In this document: piece after piece, positions 1-9,631 of the stretch
How the letters are laid out: every line of letters starts with the position of its first letter
How positions within the stretch are numbered: position 1 is the stretch's first letter
Virus record (IMG/VR): IMGVR_UViG_3300042009_000026
Span: 224,001-288,000 of that record
Length of the DNA: 64,000 bases
DNA from: a virus
Taxonomy: Duplodnaviria > Heunggongvirae > Uroviricota > Caudoviricetes
Direction: 5' to 3' (one strand)
The notes under the pieces: model-generated
The model's input: the letters and a program-made list of their open reading frames with translations, nothing else
What the model was told of the DNA's origin: nothing
Databases searched by the model: none
Position numbers and translations under genes: made by a program

Positions 1-395
1 ACGATTGTGATGGTAGCTATAACGGTGATAAAGCCGGGCAATCCGCACAGGGTGCATCTAACCATGAAGCAACTACGATGATCATCTACGGTGGACGCTA
101 TGACTACAACGTCAGTGGTGGTATGGTTGTAATCAATACAGCCCGATGTGATATTCATGGGGATACCGAATGGGGACCTGTATACATGCGCTGGAACATG
201 CGCTTAGGTAATACTCTTGGTGTTATCTCTAACCATGGCGGTATTGCCTGGATGGATGAATCAGTCGGGACCGTGACGGGTAATGTCAACGTTCTCGATG
301 GTCAAGGTGTCGGTATTCGTCGTTGGCCGACCGCTACTGTTATCGGTCTAGAGAACATCACTTCTAGTGGCAACGCTTTGCCGGATGCAATTTAA
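1..395 (+). CDS. Tailspike/beta-helix protein, C-terminal part (5' end outside the window)
   Basis: The frame of the 78..395 ORF is open from position 3 (DCDGSYNGDKAGQSAQGASNHEATTMIIYGG...). G/N/V-rich beta-helix-like sequence directly upstream of the tailspike array. Confidence 0.65.
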   Translation, partial: DCDGSYNGDKAGQSAQGASNHEATTMIIYGGRYDYNVSGGMVVINTARCDIHGDTEWGPVYMRWNMRLGNTLGVISNHGGIAWMDESVGTVTGNVNVLDGQGVGIRRWPTATVIGLENITSSGNALPDAI

Positions 396-406
396 AGGAT
401 TTCGCT

Positions 407-3400
407 ATGAGCGCTAATGATGTAGCACCAAACAAAAACATGCTTTCTGGTATGGAATCATTGCTCACAGTGAGCGGTGATGAATTCGCAGAAGTGATTA
501 AACTAACCCCTGAAGGTACATATAAGAACTACCGTGTATTGGTAAGCAAGCTAAGAGCTGTATCCAACGCATATGAGTTCGCTGTACAGAATGGGTTTCA
601 AGGTACACTAACCCAATGGCTGAATTGCACAGAGGCGTTATATACTCTTGATGCATCCGTGCGCGGCATGGTGTTCGTGGCTGATGATAACGGCATTGGC
701 CAATGGACAGAAGTAGGCATTGGTATTATTGATGGACTGCAAGAAGAACTGGATGATGTTTTACGTCGTACCAGTGCTTCTGCTGCTGCTGCCTCGGCTT
801 CAGCCGCTGCGGCTCAACAAGCATTAGTACAAGCTACAGGTGCAGCTACCTCGGCCACAGCCGCTAAGCTCGCGGCGATTAATGCTTCTGGTGCTGCAAG
901 TGGTTACGCTTCTCAGGCAGCCGCTGCTGCGGTTGAAACTGAAGCCGACCGAGTTGTTGTAGTTACTACTCGCGATGAAGTTGCTGTAATTGCAGCATCT
1001 ATAGAAGAAGCGAAAACTGAAGTTGATGCAGATAAAGATGCAGCTGCACTCAGTGCTTCTGCTGCTTTGCTTTCTGAACAACATGCAGCTACTAGTGCAA
1101 CTACAGCTACAACAGCGGCTACGCTGGCTGGCGCTGCTCGTGATACCGCTGTAACATTAGCTGCTGAAATTGAAGCCTCTGTTGATCTGGCCATCGATGC
1201 TAAGAATACCGCAGTCACTTCTGCCGCCGCTGCGCAAACTGCTGCTCTAGAAGCAGCTGCAGCTCGTGATGCTGCAGAAGCAGTTGTTGTTGATGTCACA
1301 GATGCAGTAGCAGAAGTCCAAGGTTACGTTACCGAAGCTGAAGCCGCACGTGATGCAGCACAAGCAACCGTCGCAGTAGTAGTTACTGCCAAAGATCAAG
1401 CTGTAGCCGCTGCAACAGCAGCAGAGACAGCTAAAGATAATACGGTGGTATTAGTTTCATCCGCACAGGTTGCAGCAACCACAGCAGAGTCGGCTAAAAA
1501 TGCAGCAGAAGCCTCTGCATTGCAATCCACCACAGCACGTGATTCTGCCGAAGGCTTTGCAGTTGATGCACTGGCCGCAGTAGGAGAAACACAAAACTTA
1601 GTACTGTTGGCGGATGCAGCAAAAGATGCTGCCGAATTGTCTGCTGCACAAGCTACCACAGCGAAAGAAGCTACTGACGTTGCAGTTATTGCTGCACAGG
1701 GTTCAGCCACGCAGGCCACTACTGCCCGTGATGCGTCAGAAGCATTTGCTGCTAATGCATTGTCTGCAGTGGATGAAGCTCAGGCCCGTGTACTGGAAGC
1801 GCAATTGGCGGCAAGTGAAGCCAAGGCTACTGAAATCCAAGTCACCGAGCTGTCCGAAACAACGGCTGGTTACCGGGATCAATCACTGGCTGCACGTGAT
1901 GATGCTGAAGCTAATTCGATTACTGCATTGGCTGCGGCAGCAGATGCTCAAGCCAGTAAGCTGTTGGCGCAAGCCGCTGTACCAGCTGCAGCAGATGCTG
2001 CACAAGCAGAAGTCGATGCTTTCAAGCAATTACTTGTTGCTACAGGTGTAACACCTGGTGCCACAGTAGTCACTACCATCCAAGGTGGCGATAACGCAGT
2101 GTCTCGGTCTATCCAGGACAAGTTGCTGGAACAAGCTATTTCTGTTGCTGACTTCAAGCTATCGGCTGAAGGGTCCAATATTCGTCCTGCATTAGTCCGT
2201 GCTATTAAAGCAATAAAAGAAAACAAGACTAAGTCGCGTGTATTGTTGATTCCATACACAGTCGGCGAATGGACAGTAGATAGTCAAGTGTTGTTCGACA
2301 TCTCCGATTTCACATTGCTGCTCTATGGTAATGTGCGGTTGACGGCAACGACCCGTCAGAAGACTTTCTTGTTCTCTTCGGATATTATCAATGTACCGGC
2401 AGCAGCCTTGAAGAACGTTGCAGTATTTGGTAACGGCTCTTACGTCAATGGTAATGCCGATCAGATGACGTTTACTTACGCGCATGGCGATGGTTCAGAC
2501 AACGACAGTGCTGTACGCTTTAGTTACATTGACAACCTGCGTGTGTACAACGTGTGGGCAGACAATGGTCCTATTGATTCGTTCTCTACTATGCGGTGCC
2601 GTAACCAGCTCATCGATGGTTGCAAGTTCACCCGGTCTAAAGAAGACAATGGTTTCTCAGCTACTACGGATTGGGGACCAGTGTGGGAATACGGCAACTT
2701 TGATACTTACAGCTACGGCGTAGTATCTAACTGCGTAGCCGAAGACAACCAAGACTTCGGGATGACCGCCTATAATGCTTCGGGTGTCTATTTCTTGAAC
2801 AACCGTAGCCAACGTAACCGTGCTGGGTACAGCTATGAAGATAGCTATGGTGCTCCGGACACCAAGAAATACGATGGTGGCTTCTTTGGCTGCTGGGCAT
2901 GGAACTGTAAAGAGCAGGGGTTCTATATTGACGCAGATGGCATCACAATTGATCCTAACTGTAAGTCATGGAACATTCGCTATATCGGTAGCAACCCTAA
3001 CGGTCTGTTTGGTAACGGCGTAGTTATTGCTAACGTTGCTTCAGCACGAGTAGAAGGTGAACACACTGCTTGCGGTCATGCTGGCTTGGCTATCTTCAAC
3101 GGCACCGGTAATTTGATCCGTGTACATGCCAAAGGTAAGTTCAATGACAACGATGCCTCAGGTATTTTTGGTCGAGGTGTTAGTTTCCTACACATTGAAC
3201 CAGGTACCGAAGTTCGTAGCAATGGTAAAGTTCAGGTGAACGCCCAGTATAACTACGGGGTGAACATCAGCAACTCTGGTGGTGCGAACTATCTGCAAGG
3301 GGCAGGTTTAGTCAAAGTAGATGGTGCGATCATTAGCGGTAATGGCTTAGGTGCTGTCGATATCAACTACGTGAATCTCGTAGACATTCACAATGTGATT

Positions 3401-3886
3401 GGCGTCGATAACGGACAATCCGGTTCTAGCTTAGCTATTCGGGTACAAAATGCCACAACAGCACGTGTATTCGATAACCACATGGAGAGCATAACAGGTA
3501 ACCAGACATTCGTAGTTGATATTGAAGCTACGGTACAGAATGGTTACGAGGGTGGTAACACAGGTACCGGTACTACTGGTCTTGTAGTTAACAATGCCAC
3601 AGTTAAGCGGCAATCCATGCGAGCACAGTACTACGGTAGTTTCACCTACGATGCACCGAGTATTGCAGCTGGTAGTCAGGTAGCTCCGTCCTTCTCTGTC
3701 CTGGGAGCAGAAGTTGGAGACTTTGTGCAGGTGTCCTTCTCTACGGATATTGGCTTGATTTCGGTCAACGCCTTCGTGGTTACAACTGGTAACGTCCTGG
3801 TGTATTTGCGTAACAACACTGCATCGGCGATTGATCTTCCTTCCATGTCTGTACGAGTGCTGGTAACTAAGCGCAACGGCGGTTAA
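407..3886 (+). CDS. Long tailspike/tail fibre: N-terminal anchor, Ala-rich coiled-coil stalk, beta-helix depolymerase domain, C-terminal beta-sandwich
   Basis: RBS AAGGA. N-terminus NKNMLSGMESLLTVSGDE is shared with 16597 and 17838. About 400 aa of Ala-rich stalk, then the tailspike neck motif RSIQDKLLEQAISVADF and N/G/D-ladder beta-helix repeats. Confidence 0.85.
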   Translation: MSANDVAPNKNMLSGMESLLTVSGDEFAEVIKLTPEGTYKNYRVLVSKLRAVSNAYEFAVQNGFQGTLTQWLNCTEALYTLDASVRGMVFVADDNGIGQWTEVGIGIIDGLQEELDDVLRRTSASAAAASASAAAAQQALVQATGAATSATAAKLAAINASGAASGYASQAAAAAVETEADRVVVVTTRDEVAVIAASIEEAKTEVDADKDAAALSASAALLSEQHAATSATTATTAATLAGAARDTAVTLAAEIEASVDLAIDAKNTAVTSAAAAQTAALEAAAARDAAEAVVVDVTDAVAEVQGYVTEAEAARDAAQATVAVVVTAKDQAVAAATAAETAKDNTVVLVSSAQVAATTAESAKNAAEASALQSTTARDSAEGFAVDALAAVGETQNLVLLADAAKDAAELSAAQATTAKEATDVAVIAAQGSATQATTARDASEAFAANALSAVDEAQARVLEAQLAASEAKATEIQVTELSETTAGYRDQSLAARDDAEANSITALAAAADAQASKLLAQAAVPAAADAAQAEVDAFKQLLVATGVTPGATVVTTIQGGDNAVSRSIQDKLLEQAISVADFKLSAEGSNIRPALVRAIKAIKENKTKSRVLLIPYTVGEWTVDSQVLFDISDFTLLLYGNVRLTATTRQKTFLFSSDIINVPAAALKNVAVFGNGSYVNGNADQMTFTYAHGDGSDNDSAVRFSYIDNLRVYNVWADNGPIDSFSTMRCRNQLIDGCKFTRSKEDNGFSATTDWGPVWEYGNFDTYSYGVVSNCVAEDNQDFGMTAYNASGVYFLNNRSQRNRAGYSYEDSYGAPDTKKYDGGFFGCWAWNCKEQGFYIDADGITIDPNCKSWNIRYIGSNPNGLFGNGVVIANVASARVEGEHTACGHAGLAIFNGTGNLIRVHAKGKFNDNDASGIFGRGVSFLHIEPGTEVRSNGKVQVNAQYNYGVNISNSGGANYLQGAGLVKVDGAIISGNGLGAVDINYVNLVDIHNVIGVDNGQSGSSLAIRVQNATTARVFDNHMESITGNQTFVVDIEATVQNGYEGGNTGTGTTGLVVNNATVKRQSMRAQYYGSFTYDAPSIAAGSQVAPSFSVLGAEVGDFVQVSFSTDIGLISVNAFVVTTGNVLVYLRNNTASAIDLPSMSVRVLVTKRNGG

Positions 3887-3895
3887 CACAATACA

Positions 3896-3920
3896 GGGTC
3901 ACCTAGTGGCCCCTTTATTT
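3896..3920 (+). terminator. Hairpin/intrinsic terminator
   Basis: GGGTCAC-CTA-GTGGCCC followed by CTTTATTT. Confidence 0.55.
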
Positions 3921-3934
3921 GACAAGGAAAATTT

Positions 3935-5806
3935 ATGTCATACGAATCTCTTGCTACTGCGGTAGACTTGCTGACTGTTAGTAATAATGAATTAACAGCT
4001 GCAGCTGAGGCAGTGCGCACTGTCGCGGAGAATGCCCGCGATGCAGCGGAAGCGTTCGCGATTAACACCTTGGCTACTGGCACTGAAGTAGATGCCAGTC
4101 GCATCGCGGCAGAACAAGCTGTATTGGCCGCTGGTTCTGCTGGTGCTACAGCTGGCAGTGCTGCTGCTCAAGTCCAAGTCGATGTACTTACAACTTCGAT
4201 GGCCAGCTATACAGATTCTGCCAAAGGGGCTGGTACTCTTGGTTTCGGAATGGCCGTGCCTTATGCACCGAATACACTGGGCGCTCGCGTACGTAACTAT
4301 ACCAAAGGATTTTATACTCCATATGACCATGGTGCTGTGGGCGACGGTATAGCAAACGATACAGCAGCAGTGCAGGCGTGTATTAATGCCATGCCAGTAG
4401 ATAGTGTTCTATGGATACCTGGTGATGCTACCTTTAATATCCCTGGTGGCGTGACGCTCTCCATTCAGGATACACAGATCACTGGTGGTGGTACCTTTAA
4501 GAACGGCCCTTTGATCCTTAACAAAGCAGCCGTGACTGGCGAAATTCGATGCGATATAAACCACATCAAGTTTGTTGGCACAGCATATGCAACCAACGGA
4601 ATCGAGCTTATTGCTGGACGCCGTGTAACCATTACGAATTGTATTTTTGATGCTTTGAATATTGGTGTTCTACGTCGCAGTGACGCTGGTCAAATTTTTC
4701 ACAACGTGGCTATGGTTCGTATCACCAATAACGATTTCAATACCGTTAACTACGCATTGAAAGTAGAACACAACGCTGATGCTAACTCATGGCAATATAC
4801 GAGTGACTGCGCTTTTGACAATAACCAGGTAAACATTGCCAGGGTATGTCAGATTGACATTGCTGGTATTGATGGTGCACACATCACAGGTAATGTGATG
4901 TTCATGGTTGGGTACACGTCAACTGATACAGCCTTAAAAGCTGCGAAAACGCACAATATCAAAATTGGCCAATCGGACTGGATCACCCTAGCTAATAACA
5001 ACTTGTTCGAAGCTGGACTTGAATCAATTCTGCTGGACAAAGCCAAGCACTTTAATATCTCTAACAACCATATTGCCTGGCCTGGCCAACGACAGCCGTG
5101 TGATGCTATTCGGCTAACTGGTACAAGCGAACCTAATGGAGTCATTACTGGTAACACTCTGTCACGATTTACTCGTCACGGTATTGCGGTAGAGGCTAAC
5201 TTAGATAACGCTACCATTACCAATATTAACGTGTTTGGTAATACCATCGAATACATGCTCAATCCACCGTCATATTACGGTACGGATGACATGTCATTGA
5301 TTTCTCATTATTCGATATATCAGCCGAGCAACTCACCGACCTTAGTTTCCAACTATCTCAACGTAGTAACCGGTGGTATTTTCCCGTCCATTCGCTCACG
5401 CTTGGCTGAAGGTATTCGTCTTGGTAGTAAGAGCGCAATTGCCGGTACAGCAGCCATTACCAAAACGGTGACTGCTGCGGAAGGCTTAGCTACATTGACT
5501 TCAGAGTTATCTTCGGCAGTGAGTACTAGCTACGCTGGACTCCTGCAGATTGAAGCGCGAAATTCGCCTGGTACACTTGGGTCCAACTTAGCCAGTTATT
5601 TCCTGCATATCACTAAACAACCAGGTGGTTCTGGCGTTGTGTCGGTAATTTCGCAACAAGGCCTTACTGCTGGTGCTGGTGCTAACCACCCCTCCTTCAC
5701 TTTTACAGTTGTTGGCGATGTGTTGACAGTTACACCTGTTGCCTCTACTACTGGGGCATTCGTGTTTTGGATTACGGCTATCGGCGGAATTGGTGTATAC
5801 ACGTAA
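3935..5806 (+). CDS. Tailspike, pectate-lyase-like beta-helix (MSYE-class anchor)
   Basis: N-terminus MSYESLA. Motif TPYDHGAVGDGIANDTAAVQACIN (Pectate_lyase_3-type start) and repeated ITGN/ISNN ladders. Confidence 0.88.
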   Translation: MSYESLATAVDLLTVSNNELTAAAEAVRTVAENARDAAEAFAINTLATGTEVDASRIAAEQAVLAAGSAGATAGSAAAQVQVDVLTTSMASYTDSAKGAGTLGFGMAVPYAPNTLGARVRNYTKGFYTPYDHGAVGDGIANDTAAVQACINAMPVDSVLWIPGDATFNIPGGVTLSIQDTQITGGGTFKNGPLILNKAAVTGEIRCDINHIKFVGTAYATNGIELIAGRRVTITNCIFDALNIGVLRRSDAGQIFHNVAMVRITNNDFNTVNYALKVEHNADANSWQYTSDCAFDNNQVNIARVCQIDIAGIDGAHITGNVMFMVGYTSTDTALKAAKTHNIKIGQSDWITLANNNLFEAGLESILLDKAKHFNISNNHIAWPGQRQPCDAIRLTGTSEPNGVITGNTLSRFTRHGIAVEANLDNATITNINVFGNTIEYMLNPPSYYGTDDMSLISHYSIYQPSNSPTLVSNYLNVVTGGIFPSIRSRLAEGIRLGSKSAIAGTAAITKTVTAAEGLATLTSELSSAVSTSYAGLLQIEARNSPGTLGSNLASYFLHITKQPGGSGVVSVISQQGLTAGAGANHPSFTFTVVGDVLTVTPVASTTGAFVFWITAIGGIGVYT

Positions 5807-5860
5807 TTCGAGAAGCCTTTAAGGTTCTAACTTAACACTGTTTAACATTAGGAGATGTAC

Positions 5861-7726
5861 ATGTCTTATGAACAACTAGCGGAAGCTGTTGATGCCTTGT
5901 CGGCAGCTAATGCCGTCTTGCGCCAATCGGCAGTCACGGCAATTGCAGACAGCAACACAGCTAAAGAAGCGGCACAACAAGCAGTGCTAGAGGCGGAAGC
6001 TGTTGTTGCAGCGGGTATCAGCGGATTAGCCGATCCAGATGGATCAGAGAAACTGGGCTTTCAGCGCAGTGACCTAGCCGAAACCATCACCAACGTTAAT
6101 CTCATGTTGTCCGGTCTCACCGTGAACATCTGGGAGTACGCAGACCGCATCACCAACAAACCGGGGATATCGCCCAGCACTTGGGATTGGACACCCGCTC
6201 GAAACGCGGCCACTGCCTACGTAAAATCTAAGGGTGGTGGTTGGGTAAAATACCCGGCTGGCACGTATCCACACACTGTGTTCACTAAGTTGCACTCGGT
6301 GAGCGATCTTGGTGATGGGTCAAGCTGCACATACATCACAGCATTACCACGGACTTCTACGGTGCCGTATGGCATGGTGGAGATCGAACGCGGGGCGGTA
6401 TCGTCTTCCCACATCGTGGGCATTCACTTCCAAGGTAGTGTTATCCCAGGCCATGGTCAACCGACACTCAACCCCGACCAATGGGGACTGTACGCCAAAG
6501 CTCAATGGGACGAAGCGTACTTCCATGGCGGTTGGTGGTTCTCGGAATGTCGCGATGTACGGTTCTCCAACTTTAATAAGGGTGGTTGGACTCGTGGGGG
6601 CTACACCAACAATAACTACAAACGCCCTATCCAGTTCCTGACGTTTGACAAGGTGTTCTTCCAAGTCCCTGCGGGTGGCGAAGCCTTGCGTATGACTGGG
6701 CAACATGGACAGATCGATTTCCGGGGCGGTAGTGCTGAAGGACGGGATGGTGTGACGGCCTGGCGATGCATTACGTTGGATTGGGACCCAGATCCAGCTA
6801 CCATGGCTGATCCGGCCAGCGGTCAAGGCGAAGACCCGACCCATATTCCCGGGCAGGCTACGGCGGTGTTGGCTCCGATCAACGTGACGTTCGGCAGTCA
6901 ATTTTCCATGCAGAAGTCCCAGTATGGGATGTACGCACGGAACGTTCGGTCCATCTTCGCTCAAGAATGTTGGTTTGAAGGTATCGGGAAACTATTTACT
7001 CTGGCGGCCAATGCTCAGGTACATGTATCGAAGAACCACTTGGCTAACGCAGCGGATGGGACCAGATTCTTACCGGAAGTTACTAGTGGCTATATTTACA
7101 GCCTCAGTGGTAACGCTTATTTGTCATTCAGTCATGATAATGAATATCAGGGTATCGTGGATAACTACCTCGATCCTGATGTTGACTTTAATGCCATCAA
7201 TGGCTTGAACGTAAAAGGTATGCCATCGGGTAATACACTCGGTAAGTTCAAAGCTTATTCAAACAAAACTTTGCTCTGCGATGGTACAACGCTGGATATC
7301 AAAGCACACAAGTATGCGGTTATTAACCCAGGTGCAGATCCTACGGTCAAGTTAGCCAACCTAACCGCTACAGCCGCTCCTGGTGAAACAGTAATGCTTC
7401 GACCACTCAATGGTACGCTTACGTTAACCAACACCGGAAATATTTCTTTGAACGGTTTGGGTAATTTAACGGTCCCACAATTTGGTGTAGTTACATTGCT
7501 ACGGTTGTTTCAGATTGGTGCATCACCTGCCGAGTGGGTAGTTGTTAGTGCCTCCGATAACTACTCTACGGTGAAACCTGTTAATGGGTTCTACTACTGT
7601 TTGGGTACACGTGTCTGGCAACCTGGCGCAGCGCCTAACACCCCAATGGGTTGGGTATGTACCCAGGCTGGATTGGCTGGCACTACTGCTATCTTCAGAG
7701 ACATGCCAAACGTAGGGACTACTTAA
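5861..7726 (+). CDS. Tailspike/depolymerase (MSYE-class anchor)
   Basis: GGAG RBS 6 nt before ATG 5861. MSYEQLA N-terminus, neck WDWTPA...GGGWVKYPAGTY, beta-helix body. Confidence 0.85.
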   Translation: MSYEQLAEAVDALSAANAVLRQSAVTAIADSNTAKEAAQQAVLEAEAVVAAGISGLADPDGSEKLGFQRSDLAETITNVNLMLSGLTVNIWEYADRITNKPGISPSTWDWTPARNAATAYVKSKGGGWVKYPAGTYPHTVFTKLHSVSDLGDGSSCTYITALPRTSTVPYGMVEIERGAVSSSHIVGIHFQGSVIPGHGQPTLNPDQWGLYAKAQWDEAYFHGGWWFSECRDVRFSNFNKGGWTRGGYTNNNYKRPIQFLTFDKVFFQVPAGGEALRMTGQHGQIDFRGGSAEGRDGVTAWRCITLDWDPDPATMADPASGQGEDPTHIPGQATAVLAPINVTFGSQFSMQKSQYGMYARNVRSIFAQECWFEGIGKLFTLAANAQVHVSKNHLANAADGTRFLPEVTSGYIYSLSGNAYLSFSHDNEYQGIVDNYLDPDVDFNAINGLNVKGMPSGNTLGKFKAYSNKTLLCDGTTLDIKAHKYAVINPGADPTVKLANLTATAAPGETVMLRPLNGTLTLTNTGNISLNGLGNLTVPQFGVVTLLRLFQIGASPAEWVVVSASDNYSTVKPVNGFYYCLGTRVWQPGAAPNTPMGWVCTQAGLAGTTAIFRDMPNVGTT

Positions 7727-7733
7727 CATACGG

Positions 7734-7764
7734 GTGGTCTAAGTTAATAAGTCTCTTAGACCAC
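7734..7764 (+). terminator. Intergenic hairpin
   Basis: GTGGTCTAAG...CTTAGACCAC, a perfect 10-bp stem after the stop codon. Confidence 0.5.
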
Positions 7765-7792
7765 TTAACCAACTAAAAACATCGGAGGTTTC

Positions 7793-9559
7793 ATGTCGTA
7801 CGAACAATTAGCGTCGTCGGTAGCTGCACTGGGTATAGTCAATACCGATTTAAAGAATACGGTACTCACAGTTAAAGACGAAGTAGAAGAAGCTCGTGAT
7901 CAAGCTCAACAAGCTGTATTAGACGCACAAGCGGTGGTTGCTGCTGGCTTAAGTGATCTGTCCGAAAATGGCGGGGATTTGGTTGGGTTCGTACAACCGA
8001 TGGGTCCACCCATGACTATCGGCGAATACCTATTACGTAATAAACTGATGTGCCTAACTGGGGACATGCTTCAAGCTTTCATTAATTTCGCTTCAACCAG
8101 CGGTGGGCGTGATGTGACTCTAGTACCTAACCTAGTCTATGAAATGGGACTAAGTCAACTAGAGATTAAACCAGGTGTTGAACTGAAAACAGACGTTGGT
8201 AATGCCATGTCGGTACAGCATGTGGTCACGAATAATCCACGTGGGTTGGCTACTTTGCGTTTTGGTGCGATCACCACAGATGCAGTATTAGTCAGATCTA
8301 CTGCATTTAATAACAGCCTGCATAGTTTTATTATTGATAACTCGCTACAGGTATCTGGGCATGGTATCCACTGTGATGATTCCGATGGTGTTCAACGGGT
8401 AGGTACCAAAATCCGTAACGTCTTTATTTTCAAACGAGGACTGGGTGCAGGCCTATGGGTTAAACCTGGACATAAAGAAGGTTCAGCTCATGAGGTCTTT
8501 GTTCGTAATGGAGTCGGCATAGCCACAGGTACTGATGCCGAAAAGCTCGCGCAGTTAGCCGGTGACGGTGAATACGGTGTGGTAATAGAATCTGTTGATT
8601 GGGATTCCAATCGCATCCTTTGCGGATTTGCTAAGAAGCGTAGTTTCTTTTATACCGGGGGAGCATGTCGTTTTCGGGATGTTGATGCCTGGGGCAGTCA
8701 AGACATCAATGTTGAATTGATGGGTAGTTCCATTACTATCGATCGTTTGCAAGTAGATGGTGCAGGTAATGGTGGGTTATTGGTTAATGGCGGCGATGAC
8801 GTTGTTATCAACAAATTAATCTCCATCAACAATTGCCTAACAGCCGCAACCCCGACAGACGATATCATTATTCGTGGTGAATGCCGTAGCCTTTCTTTTG
8901 ATCAAGTTCGTTTGCGTGGTAGTCTTGGGAATATCAGGTATGGTATTGCCATGGAAGATACTGCAACTGGTACAGGTAACATTGGTGATCTGAATTTTGC
9001 TTCATCCTATCTGGACGGTATGAATGACAGAGCCCGTGCCTATATCAACGTCTCGGCCACAACTAATGCACTGTCTCCTGCTCGTGGTCACAGCATGCAC
9101 ATTGAGCGCCTAACAGTAAACCCACTCTTTACTAAATGGGCCAATGGGTTGCCTGATGGATACACTATTCGTGGCAGTGCCGTACCAACACAAATCGTCC
9201 CAGCCGGGATGTCCACAGGGAAATATCTTTCCGGATGTCGTGTTGTTTCTGGTGCAGTAGGTGTTAGTGGTATCCAAACGATTCTAGATAAAGACAAATA
9301 TAAAGGTCGTCGGATTTATTGCGGCGGTTGGTTTAAAGGATCGGGTTTGACCTATCTCGGTAACCAGCGGATTCAACTTTTCGATGGCGTCAATACATTC
9401 GTGGAGATTATTCCCAATGACAATCAATGGCATTGGGTAGCAATCGATAAACAAATGGATATCAATGCAACCGATGTCCAGATTCGTTTGGTTGCCGCCA
9501 ATGATACCACAACGGGTCTAATGCTAGAAATGACAGCTGTCTACTCCTGGGCATATTAA
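7793..9559 (+). CDS. Tailspike/depolymerase with C-terminal carbohydrate-binding-like domain (MSYE-class anchor)
   Basis: GGAGG RBS and MSYEQLA N-terminus. Beta-helix body. The C-terminal NPLFTKW..G.PDG...GGWFK...WHWV pattern resembles galactose-binding/CBM4_9-like folds. Confidence 0.82.
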   Translation: MSYEQLASSVAALGIVNTDLKNTVLTVKDEVEEARDQAQQAVLDAQAVVAAGLSDLSENGGDLVGFVQPMGPPMTIGEYLLRNKLMCLTGDMLQAFINFASTSGGRDVTLVPNLVYEMGLSQLEIKPGVELKTDVGNAMSVQHVVTNNPRGLATLRFGAITTDAVLVRSTAFNNSLHSFIIDNSLQVSGHGIHCDDSDGVQRVGTKIRNVFIFKRGLGAGLWVKPGHKEGSAHEVFVRNGVGIATGTDAEKLAQLAGDGEYGVVIESVDWDSNRILCGFAKKRSFFYTGGACRFRDVDAWGSQDINVELMGSSITIDRLQVDGAGNGGLLVNGGDDVVINKLISINNCLTAATPTDDIIIRGECRSLSFDQVRLRGSLGNIRYGIAMEDTATGTGNIGDLNFASSYLDGMNDRARAYINVSATTNALSPARGHSMHIERLTVNPLFTKWANGLPDGYTIRGSAVPTQIVPAGMSTGKYLSGCRVVSGAVGVSGIQTILDKDKYKGRRIYCGGWFKGSGLTYLGNQRIQLFDGVNTFVEIIPNDNQWHWVAIDKQMDINATDVQIRLVAANDTTTGLMLEMTAVYSWAY

Positions 9560-9631
9560 TACCACCCAATAAGACCCAGGTTGAATTAATCATGGATACA
9601 CCTTCTAAAGACTTGTCCGATCGGAGGACCT

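Noticed and set aside
824-2259. Several antisense and alternate-frame ORFs over the Ala-rich stalk
   Set aside because: Shadow ORFs caused by GCN-rich, stop-poor sequence. No RBS or independent features.
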